55,850 nt of DNA, taken from the IMG/VR virus record IMGVR_UViG_3300017613_000748, one strand, 5' to 3'. A program made the position numbers and the translations under genes. This document shows positions 9,580 through 19,015 of this stretch, piece by piece. The notes beneath the pieces are model-generated. The model was not told the DNA's origin, made no database searches, and saw only the letters and a list, made by a program, of their open reading frames with translations. Within the stretch, counting starts at the first letter, position 1. Every line of letters starts with the position of its first letter. Source of the stretch: a virus.

Positions 9580-10494
9580 TTAGGCCGGGATTAGGAATTG
9601 ATATGGGTCAGCATTAAATGCCGCCGCTTCTATTGGAGATAAAGCCCGATTCCATGCGGCAGCCATAGACATTGATGATCCATTTCCTCTTGTAGTTGGG
9701 TCTCCTATTCCTTGTACTCCATTCCTCCAATGATCCCCCACTGAAATCTCCCGTAAATAATATGGTCCACCACTATGAGAAGTGACATCCTGCTTAGATG
9801 CTCCACTACTTAAAAACAAACGGGCATCAGAATCACCATACAATACTCCAACCATTGAAAACACATCCCCTGTAACTATTCCTCCATTCTCTGATTCTTC
9901 TAACTGGGGGCCTATAACAGCCGAACCAGTAAATCTACGACCAAATTTTATCTCTCGTTGATTACTATTGGTATCACCATGTACCTCAAGTGTACTATAT
10001 CTATAAGAAGAATTAGATGTTAGAGCAATAGGAACAATCCAGTCACCACTTGCTGTTACATTTACAGGTTTACGCACTACCGCAGCCAGCGTATGTGGTA
10101 AAGTAATATCCCAATTATCTGCTGTATGAAACCCAGTGGTTGAATGCGCTCCGTTACTCGGAGTAAATTCACCTCCGCTACCAGAAAATCCATTACCGAA
10201 TAAGCTTGTGTTGTCATGTGCAACAACATCTCCGGCTAAGAGGTTTGGATTTAATCCAGTTACCGCCCCTCCTGTAAGATCATAATATTGATGTGGTCCA
10301 GCTCCAGGCATATTAAAAAAGATCAACCCTCTAGCTAAAGGATGAGTCCAATCAATCTCTACCTTGCCAACAGGCTTCTTCCCCGGTATAAACAACTCCG
10401 GCATCTCAAACCGAGGATCAGGCAGGATTAGATAACCTGTCTCTTCTGCAGCAGCTTCTGGTGTCCAAATAAACGGCGGCTGGATAATCCTCAT
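9580..10494 (-). CDS. LamG/concanavalin-like domain protein (304 aa), paralog 1
   Basis: N-terminus FIPGKKPVGKVEIDWTHPLARGL and C-terminus AAWNRALSPIEAAAFNADPYQFLIPA. The second is a typical Laminin_G_3 ending. Confidence 0.6.
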   Translation of the reverse strand: MRIIQPPFIWTPEAAAEETGYLILPDPRFEMPELFIPGKKPVGKVEIDWTHPLARGLIFFNMPGAGPHQYYDLTGGAVTGLNPNLLAGDVVAHDNTSLFGNGFSGSGGEFTPSNGAHSTTGFHTADNWDITLPHTLAAVVRKPVNVTASGDWIVPIALTSNSSYRYSTLEVHGDTNSNQREIKFGRRFTGSAVIGPQLEESENGGIVTGDVFSMVGVLYGDSDARLFLSSGASKQDVTSHSGGPYYLREISVGDHWRNGVQGIGDPTTRGNGSSMSMAAAWNRALSPIEAAAFNADPYQFLIPA

Positions 10495-11225
10495 GCTGGT
10501 TCCAGGAATTGGTAGGGGTCGTTAGTAATTTCCTTTTGCTCTACTGAACTCAAAAAACGATTATGTAAAAAGAAAGCTTTGTTCCCACCGCCATTATACC
10601 TAGCACCATCAGGCCGGTTCCCAATCATCATCCACCTGACGACATTGTAAACGGGATAATCGAGGTTATCGTCTGCTATGTGTATAACCTCTGTCCCATC
10701 CACAACTAACCTACGTTCATTTACAGTATCAGTACTAATCATATATACACCACCAGAGACGACATGCCGCTGATAATCCCACACATTTGGTACTGTATAA
10801 GCGGCACTCATAAAGTGCATGGATGTATCTGAATTATTACGGAAAATCTGAGCCGTATCACTATCTCCCCGCTGAAAAATTCGCGGGAATCCGCCCCCGT
10901 AGGAACCCTTACGCTGATAAACTAACGTCCCTGTGTATGTGTCAGTAATCCCCATCTCAAATGGATTAACACGAATATACTCACCACTCCCATCTAAAAT
11001 ACCAGAGTCGCCATCAAATGATTGATTTCCACCAGCAACAGAAGGCTTTCCATGCGGTATTATATTCCGATACCCTCGTCTCGAATCCCATAAATATGCT
11101 GCGACTAAACCCTTAGCCAAAGGATGACTCCAATCAATCTTCACCGGACCAATAGGCTTCTTCCCAGGAACCAATAAATTCGGCTCTCGGATAAGCTCAG
11201 ATTGAGGGTTAACAACAATAGCCAT
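10491..11225 (-). CDS. LamG/concanavalin-like domain protein (244 aa), paralog 2
   Basis: LVPGKKPIGPVKIDWSHPLAKGL ... FLHNRFLSSVEQKEITNDPYQFLEPA. Start moved to ATG 11225, which forms a TAATG overlap with the upstream stop. Confidence 0.6.
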   Translation of the reverse strand: MAIVVNPQSELIREPNLLVPGKKPIGPVKIDWSHPLAKGLVAAYLWDSRRGYRNIIPHGKPSVAGGNQSFDGDSGILDGSGEYIRVNPFEMGITDTYTGTLVYQRKGSYGGGFPRIFQRGDSDTAQIFRNNSDTSMHFMSAAYTVPNVWDYQRHVVSGGVYMISTDTVNERRLVVDGTEVIHIADDNLDYPVYNVVRWMMIGNRPDGARYNGGGNKAFFLHNRFLSSVEQKEITNDPYQFLEPA

Positions 11226-11707
11226 TACGCATGTGGTCCATAGGTGACTGGAGTTACTTTTAGTCTCCACTCATTATCACCAGTACCCATCGTTACAGCC
11301 GTGTTATTGATAACGTAGAACTGATACTCCTGACTAGTTGCGAGCGTAGGCAAACCAACTGGACCAAGTGCTAGATATTGTGCGGCATCAGCATCGTCTG
11401 CAGTAAATGAACCCAGATAATGCCCAACGTAATCAGATGCTGACCCCATCACTGGCTCATCATTTGCCCCATTGACACTAACGAGGGTACAGTAAAGATC
11501 AATTGTCTCACCGTCACCAGGAGCCGCAGACCAATCATCTACTTCCAGCAAGAAAGCCACCAAAGCAGAATCATCGTCATTTGTCCATTCATCCAAATCA
11601 GACGCATCAGATGTTACAGTAGTCGCCAGGGTTGTTGTTGTGGCTGTCGTACTTAAATCATCAGCAGTACCAAAAAAGTAGACAGCAGCATTTGTACTAA
11701 TAGTCAT
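11225..11707 (-). CDS. Hypothetical acidic virion-module protein (160 aa)
   Basis: ORF in the operon. Confidence 0.6.
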   Translation of the reverse strand: MTISTNAAVYFFGTADDLSTTATTTTLATTVTSDASDLDEWTNDDDSALVAFLLEVDDWSAAPGDGETIDLYCTLVSVNGANDEPVMGSASDYVGHYLGSFTADDADAAQYLALGPVGLPTLATSQEYQFYVINNTAVTMGTGDNEWRLKVTPVTYGPHA

Positions 11708-11709
11708 GA

Positions 11710-12015
11710 TTAGCTCCCGTAAATAGCGTCGACAGCGGCATTAACATTAGTCTGTATTGCGTTGTCGCTTGCCCCATAGATTGCTGAAACAGCAATGCTA
11801 TCGTTACTACCTACTACATACCACACAACCCCATCACCAGCAGAAACCGGATTGGCTATAGTACCTTTAGCCCACGCCAAGACATCTGCGCCGGGGGTTA
11901 CTGAATCAATAACTGCTGTAGCTTTTATTACTGCAGCTACACGTACCTTTTCTAAAAACCCACCCCATGCGGTGTCATCACTTTTTATATTTGCTAATTC
12001 TGCATATGTTGCCAT
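11710..12015 (-). CDS. Hypothetical protein (101 aa)
   Basis: ORF in the operon. Confidence 0.6.
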   Translation of the reverse strand: MATYAELANIKSDDTAWGGFLEKVRVAAVIKATAVIDSVTPGADVLAWAKGTIANPVSAGDGVVWYVVGSNDSIAVSAIYGASDNAIQTNVNAAVDAIYGS

Positions 12016-12076
12016 TTTAATCTCCTAATGTTTAACCTTGGTAACTGGTGTAAAGATCGCGATGCCCTACCAATAG

Positions 12077-12355
12077 CTAACTGCCCTCCAGCAAATTACC
12101 TTTTTCGTCACATGGCTCCATCTCCTCATACTTCAAGAGCTGTGGAGTTACGGCATATACCCGGCCAGACATCTTGTTACGCAAAAACGCAGGCGCGCGA
12201 TCTTCGGCCTCTTCCTTCTCCTCGCCATCGGATTCCAGTGCAGTCACCTGTTTGCGCAGCGCGTCGATCTTCTGGCGCTTGTCGATATCTACACCAAACT
12301 TCTCTTTGGCATATGCCTCAAGTTCATCTTTTGTCATGTCGTTAATTTCGGGCAT
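12077..12355 (-). CDS. Hypothetical acidic protein (92 aa)
   Basis: ATG 12355 with a GGAG SD 7 nt upstream. The TTG start in the ORF track lies inside the terminator T-tract. Confidence 0.55.
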   Translation of the reverse strand: MPEINDMTKDELEAYAKEKFGVDIDKRQKIDALRKQVTALESDGEEKEEAEDRAPAFLRNKMSGRVYAVTPQLLKYEEMEPCDEKGNLLEGS

Positions 12356-12363
12356 TGGTTTCT

Positions 12364-12392
12364 CCAAAAAAGAGGCCCCCGAAGAGGCCTCT
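12364..12392 (-). terminator. Rho-independent terminator (minus strand)
   Basis: Stem AGAGGCC/GGCCTCT (12371-12377 / 12386-12392), followed on the minus strand by TTTTTT. Confidence 0.7.
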
Positions 12393-12416
12393 TTGGTTTC
12401 ACTTACACTGCTTTGC

Positions 12417-12842
12417 TTACATCGTTACCATGAGCGCAGATACAGTGATCTTGGCGCCGGTAAGACCGTCAGCGGTGACAGCCAGAAGGTCAATGGTGTC
12501 AGCTGCAGCGTAATACTTACCATTGGTATAACCACCAACAGTATTAGGTGCGGCCTCTGCCAAAGCCAGGGCCATTGCTCCAGATGCAAGCGAATTAGCG
12601 GAGGTGGTTGGGACGAATCCATCTGTATCAGATCCATCACCAATCGCGAAGTTACGCGCCCCGCCCTCAACAGTCTCAACTTCCCAGCGAACCATCAACA
12701 CATAGGTATTGGCAGGAACGTCGATCAGTTGTGCGATATCATTCTGAGCTAGATTGTCAACATTACAATCCAGTGTTTTCGTGACGACCTTTGGATCGCC
12801 AAGAGTGCCTTTTGAATCGGCAGTTCTATCAATAGTAGCCAT
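12417..12842 (-). CDS. Head decoration-like protein (141 aa)
   Basis: ATG 12842 with an AGGAG SD. The gene lies between two terminators, immediately after the coat gene. Gly/Ala/Thr-rich beta-type sequence. Confidence 0.5.
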   Translation of the reverse strand: MATIDRTADSKGTLGDPKVVTKTLDCNVDNLAQNDIAQLIDVPANTYVLMVRWEVETVEGGARNFAIGDGSDTDGFVPTTSANSLASGAMALALAEAAPNTVGGYTNGKYYAAADTIDLLAVTADGLTGAKITVSALMVTM

Positions 12843-12862
12843 TGTTTGACTCCTTCTAAAGA

Positions 12863-12886
12863 TTAAAAAAGGGGCCGAAGCCCCCA
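12863..12886 (-). terminator. Rho-independent terminator after the coat gene
   Basis: Minus strand reads GGGGGC-TTCG-GCCCC followed by TTTTTT. Confidence 0.8.
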
Positions 12887-12897
12887 ATTAGGTTAGA

Positions 12898-13755
12898 TTA
12901 GGACTTGGTTGCTGGCATGGAGACCAGGGCATCACCCTGAACTACCTTGAAGCCATACACATTCAGGCCACGGATAGCGTCGCCGAAAGTGTTTTGCAGC
13001 CGTACATCCTCCACCTTGGTTATCTGAGAGGCAAAAGCGGTGGCGTCTTTATGGCCAGCCATGCATTGCCAGGTGGTGCCGTTGTCAGAAATGTTGTTAC
13101 TGACGTACAGAGTGGCATTACCAATCATACCTAGGCGCCCGTTACGCATAATTGACGTTGGGTCACCAGCAAGAGAAGCATCCTTCAGATCGGACTTCAT
13201 CACCATGCCTGAGATCCAAGGCGGAATAACCACAAAGCGACCTTCGGTTGGCGCGTTGTATTCATCCAACTTAACCATGGCGTCAATGATCCAGTCCAAT
13301 ACGGTAGTCTTGAGGATCGCTGTACTGCTCAATGCGCTGGTTGCACTGGAGTAGATAGACCCAAGTACAGCTTGGTCTACAACAGTGGCAGATTGCCTGG
13401 CAGCGTCCTGTGAACACTCGTTCAGGATCTTGATATCTGCCTGCGCCTGGTCTACATCATCAACCTTAAAGGCGAAATACTTGGCCTGGTCAATCGTCAG
13501 CTCCACCTTTTCATCGGTGAGATCCTGGTAATTGATGGTTCCGTCCACGGAATAATCGCCAACAGTGATAGTTGGGCGTTTGCGGATCATCACCTTACTG
13601 CCCTGGCCTTTAATATCGCCTTCCCAGTTACGGTTGACGATTTCATCCAGTACGGAGTTGGGGTAATACTTAGCGTTGATCTTTTTACTCCAAATTTCTG
13701 GAATAAAGTGACCATTCGGCAGATTGCTGCCAGCACGTGTCATTGAAGTAGGCAT
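12898..13755 (-). CDS. Major capsid protein (285 aa, P22-coat-like N-terminus)
   Basis: AAGGAGG SD. N-terminus FIPEIWSKKINAKYY...VNRNWEGDIKGQGSKVMIRKRP resembles P22-type coat proteins. Follows the scaffold gene and precedes a strong terminator. Confidence 0.7.
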   Translation of the reverse strand: MPTSMTRAGSNLPNGHFIPEIWSKKINAKYYPNSVLDEIVNRNWEGDIKGQGSKVMIRKRPTITVGDYSVDGTINYQDLTDEKVELTIDQAKYFAFKVDDVDQAQADIKILNECSQDAARQSATVVDQAVLGSIYSSATSALSSTAILKTTVLDWIIDAMVKLDEYNAPTEGRFVVIPPWISGMVMKSDLKDASLAGDPTSIMRNGRLGMIGNATLYVSNNISDNGTTWQCMAGHKDATAFASQITKVEDVRLQNTFGDAIRGLNVYGFKVVQGDALVSMPATKS

Positions 13756-13776
13756 GATTGCCTCCTTATAAAGGGT

Positions 13777-14772
13777 TTAGTAAATCTCGCCCCTACTCAG
13801 AGCCTCATCAATGGCCGCCTCATTCTTCTGAAACTCTTCAGGAGACATGGCGTCTATCATCGCTCTGGTGAAGCGAGGCTTGCCCTGTATGGGCTGGTTA
13901 CGGGCGCGGGGTGTGGCTGATGTTGTTGCATCCCGGGCCGCTTCTAACTTATCGGATAGGCCGACTGCCTCTTTGTACTGATTCAGCACCCAGATAACGT
14001 CATCTGCTGTGCCTTTCTGCACAATCTGCTGAACAGCTGCAGGCTGGCGGCTCATCCACCCATCGAAGTCCTGGCTCTTCGCAATCTTATCTACATCTGA
14101 ATGAACCGCTCGGATTGTCGCCATGTGCAGCTCTTGGGCCGCCTGGCGTTTCTCTGCTTCCATCTCTTCTGTAGTGGTAGTAACTTTCCCTTCAAGCTGG
14201 TCTATCCGCTTGGATAGCTCTTGGTTCTGCTGTGCCAGCAATTCATTCTGCCGGGACAACGGACCAACCACTTCGGGGTAGTCTTCCATTGCAGTTTGCA
14301 GTTCCGCATCTTCAGTCTTCGCCGTGTCCGTCTTTTTAGACGGGGCCGCTGACTGAACCTGGTCCAACTGCTGTTTGATGGTTTGTAGTTCACCTTGTAG
14401 CTTGGCATTGCCCTCTTTCAGCTCAGCATTACTGGCTTCCAGTGGCTCCACCTTCTTGCGTAGTTCCGCTGCTTCCTGGGTTGCGCGTGTCATGCGAGCT
14501 TGAGCGTTTTTGATGCGCTCCTCTGCATTACTTACAGTGAGTCCTTCCAGTTCGTCTTGCGAATCGTCAGGGGCTGCTTCCGGTTTCTCTTCGGGCTTAG
14601 GCTCTGCTTTGGCTTCCGGTTTAGTTTCAGGATCGGCCTTCGCCTCTCCCTCTGCTTCCCCTTTCACCTCTTTCTCGGTATCCGGTTTAGCCTCTACCTC
14701 TGACTCCTCCGGCAAGTAAGCCTGCTTCCAAAGTTCATCCGCTTCCTTATCTAATTGCTCTGCTGTTTGCAT
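13777..14772 (-). CDS. Scaffolding protein (331 aa)
   Basis: Highly charged, Glu/Lys/Ala-rich coiled-coil sequence, located between the portal and coat genes. Confidence 0.65.
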   Translation of the reverse strand: MQTAEQLDKEADELWKQAYLPEESEVEAKPDTEKEVKGEAEGEAKADPETKPEAKAEPKPEEKPEAAPDDSQDELEGLTVSNAEERIKNAQARMTRATQEAAELRKKVEPLEASNAELKEGNAKLQGELQTIKQQLDQVQSAAPSKKTDTAKTEDAELQTAMEDYPEVVGPLSRQNELLAQQNQELSKRIDQLEGKVTTTTEEMEAEKRQAAQELHMATIRAVHSDVDKIAKSQDFDGWMSRQPAAVQQIVQKGTADDVIWVLNQYKEAVGLSDKLEAARDATTSATPRARNQPIQGKPRFTRAMIDAMSPEEFQKNEAAIDEALSRGEIY

Positions 14773-14802
14773 TTACGCACCTCTATTGTTGTGGGACTGG
14801 CA

Positions 14803-14826
14803 TAAAAAAACCGCCTTATCGGCGGT
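14803..14826 (-). terminator. Rho-independent terminator (minus strand)
   Basis: Stem ACCGCC/GGCGGT (14810-14815 / 14821-14826), followed on the minus strand by TTTTTTT. Confidence 0.75.
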
Positions 14827-14866
14827 CCTGTCAGCGTGTCCACTGGGATAATACCCGGGGGGATGG

Positions 14867-15106
14867 TTACCGTTTCCGGGTATCGAAAATCTTTTGTGCG
14901 TCCTCTCTTATATTGAGCATCAGGCGAAAAGCATCACACCTGCCCTGCTCGTGTTGAATTCTCTCTTCAAGTACCTCTAACTGATCTCTACTGCGACTCC
15001 ACTGCCTGGACAGGTAAGCCTTCAGAAGTGTCCATTCCGGGCTGGTTGTTAGCGCCAATACCGCCCTGGCTTCCAACTCCGTCAAGTGTTTGGAGTTCTT
15101 GTTCAT
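14867..15106 (-). CDS. Hypothetical helical protein (79 aa) overlapping the portal 3' end
   Basis: ORF in a different frame from the portal gene, overlapping its last 119 nt. The sequence looks helical and protein-like. Confidence 0.4.
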   Translation of the reverse strand: MNKNSKHLTELEARAVLALTTSPEWTLLKAYLSRQWSRSRDQLEVLEERIQHEQGRCDAFRLMLNIREDAQKIFDTRKR

Positions 15107-16913
15107 TTATTTCCGGTACCGCCTTTTTTGCGTCAATATCCATACTCTCCGCAATGGTGCGAAGCAGGTATTGACGATCAGTTAATTGAGCATCCACGGG
15201 GTTTGCGGTCATCTGAGCAAACTGTAACAACCGCTGGCTTTGAATCTCTTTCGCCACTAGGGTTGTAGATCCTCTTGCGATTATCTGCATATCGCCTTTA
15301 ATGTTCTCGTCATCGCTCCATTTCATGTTCCAGTGATACAGCGACTCAATAATCGGTTCTATCAGGTAGTCATCTATATTCTTAATAATGCCCTTTACCG
15401 CGACATTTGCTGCAGACATAAGCATGGACATTCCGCTGGCCGTCTTATTTAGGCCGGGCACCGACTGCCCATGCGTATAACTCGGCATGTTGGTTTCTTC
15501 ATCTGTAAACCTGCGAAACAGATCAATAACCTTCTCTAAGCCAGCAGCATTACTATTTGGCTGGTACCACCTGATTAGTGGATATGAAGGATCACCGCCT
15601 TCGCGCCTGAATAATCTCCATGGGTGCATATCCTTTGCGTCTTCGCCAGGCGCCAACAGGTCCTGATTAACCTCACCCATAGGCCCGGATGATATAGCCA
15701 AATTATCCAGCATGGCACGTACCGCAGAATTCAATGTCGTTTGAGAATCTTTCATCTGTACCGGGACACCAACACCCCAGAACTGATGTGGCACCTTTTC
15801 GTATGGAAAGACGCGATATGGTATTTCTTCAGGGGTTTGTGGGCTCAATCGTCCCCGCAAAGCCCTGCCACCACACACCCACACATTAGCGTGATAGTCA
15901 GCAAGCGGGTCTTTTACTTCGCAACCACATGATTCCAGATCCCTACCGGAGACATATCCCCAGTATTCCAATAGTTCATATCGTCCAGAATCTATTGAAG
16001 TGGAAGTAAATCCGGCAATCTGCCTGCGCTCCCGTTCGTGGTCTAGCTCCTGGTAATTTCCTTTTTCATAGTCAGTAAGCACAGCATCCAGAACCTGCTC
16101 GTCAAACTTCATTGTCGTGGCCAGGTCTCGCAGTTGCTGTCTGGTTGGTGTGTGTCGCTCAAAGCATCCGGAGGCATCGTCAATAGATGTCGCGTATGGA
16201 TCTGGGTATAAATCGAAACAGGACACCAAAGAAATGACAGGGATTGGCTTATCATCGGTCTCCTGCATTTCATGTATAGGCTGCATTGCCCATCCATTTT
16301 TACCTGGCATCCAGTGTTGTTTGGCTTTCACGCCGACAGTGATACCTTTGACAACACCTGATCCCAAGATGCAAGCCTCTCCGATGGCCTGTTTTACTGA
16401 CTGCTCGTATTTTCCCTCGGATAATTGATCTTCCATCTCGCTTTCCATCGCTTTAACTCTGGGATCGACAGTCTCTTTCACCATCCCGCTTACATCGTCG
16501 CTCGATGGATTTGCACCGACTTCATACATTTCATATAACTGCTGGCCTATCTCCGCCTGCGCTCCCGCTGGAACTTCGGGCTCTGGTGTCGCATTAATGC
16601 CCCAATGCTTATCATTGGACTGGAATAACAGATCCACAATACGCGCATACGCGGCCTGAACCTTTGTCCTGGTTAGATGCACGAACACATCTGAGCGGCC
16701 TGCGTCTATCTTGGCTTGGGTCTCGTCATCATAAATTCCGTTATATGCGCGAAGAGCTTCAATCCATTCCTCTTCTTTGGCCCGGCGCGCCGTCTTCCAT
16801 TCTTCAAACTTTCCGGACAGCTGCGACCCCAGATTATCCAAGACAACACGGGACTTATCTTCATCCTGCGCTATCTCGTCTGGGTTTCTGAAATCAGGCT
16901 TAATTCCTAGCAT
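14988..16913 (-). CDS. Portal protein (641 aa, podovirus head-to-tail connector type)
   Basis: Size, position after terL, and an N-terminal EEW..ALRAYNGIYD pattern. Start set at the second ATG (GGAG SD), because the first ATG sits in the terminator T-tract. Confidence 0.75.
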   Translation of the reverse strand: MLGIKPDFRNPDEIAQDEDKSRVVLDNLGSQLSGKFEEWKTARRAKEEEWIEALRAYNGIYDDETQAKIDAGRSDVFVHLTRTKVQAAYARIVDLLFQSNDKHWGINATPEPEVPAGAQAEIGQQLYEMYEVGANPSSDDVSGMVKETVDPRVKAMESEMEDQLSEGKYEQSVKQAIGEACILGSGVVKGITVGVKAKQHWMPGKNGWAMQPIHEMQETDDKPIPVISLVSCFDLYPDPYATSIDDASGCFERHTPTRQQLRDLATTMKFDEQVLDAVLTDYEKGNYQELDHERERRQIAGFTSTSIDSGRYELLEYWGYVSGRDLESCGCEVKDPLADYHANVWVCGGRALRGRLSPQTPEEIPYRVFPYEKVPHQFWGVGVPVQMKDSQTTLNSAVRAMLDNLAISSGPMGEVNQDLLAPGEDAKDMHPWRLFRREGGDPSYPLIRWYQPNSNAAGLEKVIDLFRRFTDEETNMPSYTHGQSVPGLNKTASGMSMLMSAANVAVKGIIKNIDDYLIEPIIESLYHWNMKWSDDENIKGDMQIIARGSTTLVAKEIQSQRLLQFAQMTANPVDAQLTDRQYLLRTIAESMDIDAKKAVPEINEQELQTLDGVGSQGGIGANNQPGMDTSEGLPVQAVESQ

Positions 16914-16925
16914 CTTATCTCCGGG

Positions 16926-16952
16926 CATAAAAAACCCGCCGTTAAGCGGGTT
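16926..16952 (-). terminator. Rho-independent terminator between terL and portal
   Basis: Stem AACCCGC/GCGGGTT (16933-16939 / 16946-16952), followed on the minus strand by a T-tract. Confidence 0.7.
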
Positions 16953-16982
16953 TCATTTGTCTTTCCTGATTAGATCAGGCTA

Positions 16983-18527
16983 TTACTTCCCTCTCGGGAC
17001 GGCTCGTAGCATCTCGCCGGCAATGGCCCTGGCCATCACTCGATCGTCATAACAACCAGGAAGAGCGTTATAGCTACCGCTCTCATCAATTGCATATGTG
17101 CGAAACTCGCTCACTGTCTCACTACAGACTACTCCGGATTCCTCGTCCCGAAGCTCTGCAGCCAGCTGGTCAATGATCTTGAATTTACTCTTACTTGTGG
17201 TCAGCCAACCAAACTTCTTGGTTTCGTGGCCGTCACTGCGCCGCTCAATATCCTGCTGGGCGTACACATTTGAATATTTGGTATTCCGCAGCGTGGTCAA
17301 TGTCAGTAGACCATGGTTGTTTCGCTCTACTCCAATCAGGGCCCTGCTGTACCGCTTACCCAACCAGGAGAGAATCTTCCCGAATTGGTCTGGATCGACA
17401 TGGCCATGCCATTGTGCCACTTGCTCACCACCTGGTATCTCCAGCACATCAGCGCAAGAATAATCTCCATGCTCCAGTCCTTCCGCCACATCAGCGCCAA
17501 TAACGTATCTCTTCCCCGGCTTAGGGTCATCCCACACCCGGAGCAGGCCGTCTTCACGCTTTACCAGCTTCCCGGTCGATACTTCCAAATCCGCCCGGTA
17601 CTTTGGCGAGAAACACTCCTGTTCAGCCAGGTCCAGCCAAGCTGCATCAAATGCAGACCGTCCACTGTGAATAAATGCCTCTTCAGCCGTACAAGGGTAT
17701 TCCTGCTTGAAAAGCTCCTTGCTCTTTAGTTCCCGAATCTTCTCCCGGCGCCAAGCCAGCTGGCCTTTATTCAATCCGTAAAGTTTGGCCAGGCCCTTCT
17801 CTTCCTCTGTTGCCTTGAAGTGAGGTGGAGCCTTTATTGAATACTCAGGCTGCCAGAACCATGGAACAAATATCGCTATGTACTGGGACTCTCCTGCTTC
17901 AGCTTCTTTCCAAAGCTCATAAAAGACGCCACCAACGCCATTTGCGGTGGATTCTAATATAACCTCTGTGCCCGGTTCGTTTGGGACTGCCTGCAAGACA
18001 CCGGCCAAATGCGTTTCTGCGTGAGGCCAAAAGGCAACCTCAGACCCATGGAAATACTGGATAGTGCTGGAACGCCCCACTCCCTTGGTTCCCGCGGTAC
18101 CTACTTTATAGCCAGAATCCAATCCGTTGAAATACAACTCCTTCGCATTAGATGCGCTGGCCGTTGGCTTTACCTTTTCCGGGCAATGTTCGTGATAGCG
18201 TTGAGCCATCTCAAACAGGTTGTTGGTTGCATCTTGTTCGTGCGTCAGGATAAATGCACGAACACCTTTGCGATGCGTTACTTTCCAATAAGACCGGCCT
18301 TCAACATATGTCGAACAGCCCTGCTGGCGCCCCTTTAAAACCAGCACCCGAACCCAGCCAGCATGCTGAAGTTGATCCTCTATTTCCCTATGAATATGCT
18401 CCTGGGCCCGATTTAACGTAAACCTTATCTTCTTTCCGCTTTTGGCTCGAATAACCAAACACTTGTTTGCGTAATGCGGAAAGTCATCCTTTAGCTGCTG
18501 CCGAATTTCAAGCTCTCCTGGCATCAT
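16983..18527 (-). CDS. terL: Terminase large subunit (514 aa)
   Basis: Walker-A-like VLKGRQQGCST. Size and position between terS and portal. Acidic nuclease half at the C-terminus. Confidence 0.85.
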   Translation of the reverse strand: MMPGELEIRQQLKDDFPHYANKCLVIRAKSGKKIRFTLNRAQEHIHREIEDQLQHAGWVRVLVLKGRQQGCSTYVEGRSYWKVTHRKGVRAFILTHEQDATNNLFEMAQRYHEHCPEKVKPTASASNAKELYFNGLDSGYKVGTAGTKGVGRSSTIQYFHGSEVAFWPHAETHLAGVLQAVPNEPGTEVILESTANGVGGVFYELWKEAEAGESQYIAIFVPWFWQPEYSIKAPPHFKATEEEKGLAKLYGLNKGQLAWRREKIRELKSKELFKQEYPCTAEEAFIHSGRSAFDAAWLDLAEQECFSPKYRADLEVSTGKLVKREDGLLRVWDDPKPGKRYVIGADVAEGLEHGDYSCADVLEIPGGEQVAQWHGHVDPDQFGKILSWLGKRYSRALIGVERNNHGLLTLTTLRNTKYSNVYAQQDIERRSDGHETKKFGWLTTSKSKFKIIDQLAAELRDEESGVVCSETVSEFRTYAIDESGSYNALPGCYDDRVMARAIAGEMLRAVPRGK

Positions 18528-18988
18528 TTCAGCAAATCAAGTGCCTGCTCATGTGTAAGGTGCCCCTCCACCACCACTTTATCCGTGAACAACTTGAAAT
18601 GCTTCCCTAAAAGCTCCAGGTGGCCTTTTGCTCCAGCTATATCGATCTTGTAAACTTCCTCGCAATACGTATTACCTTCCTTATCCATGGAATAAACCAA
18701 CAAAGGCTTTCTTCCTATGGCTATGTCAGCCATTTCCCTGATATCGTTCAGCACGTCATCGGCGGTAATACCGGTACGAATGGCCTGTTTTTTAATGTTA
18801 TCCTGAATCATTGCCTGCACTTCAGGGTTGTTCAGCAACTTATTAGCCTGCTGTGACGCTGCCTTCTTGGCATAGCCAGCCCGAATGGCTGCCTCCTTGG
18901 GCTTCATGTCAACCAGGTACTCATCCGCAAACTTGCGACGCATATTCGCGTATCTGGCTTTAGTTCCGGGCATGCCACATTGGAGCAT
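18524..18988 (-). CDS. terS: Terminase small subunit (Terminase_2-like)
   Basis: FADEYLVDMKPKEAAIRAGYAKKAASQQANKLLNNPEVQAMI matches the Terminase_2 N-terminal HTH pattern. ATGA overlap with terL. The start codon is uncertain. Confidence 0.8.
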   Translation of the reverse strand: MLQCGMPGTKARYANMRRKFADEYLVDMKPKEAAIRAGYAKKAASQQANKLLNNPEVQAMIQDNIKKQAIRTGITADDVLNDIREMADIAIGRKPLLVYSMDKEGNTYCEEVYKIDIAGAKGHLELLGKHFKLFTDKVVVEGHLTHEQALDLLK

Positions 18989-19015
18989 AAAGGCAACTTG
19001 TAGAGTCTCTTGCCA

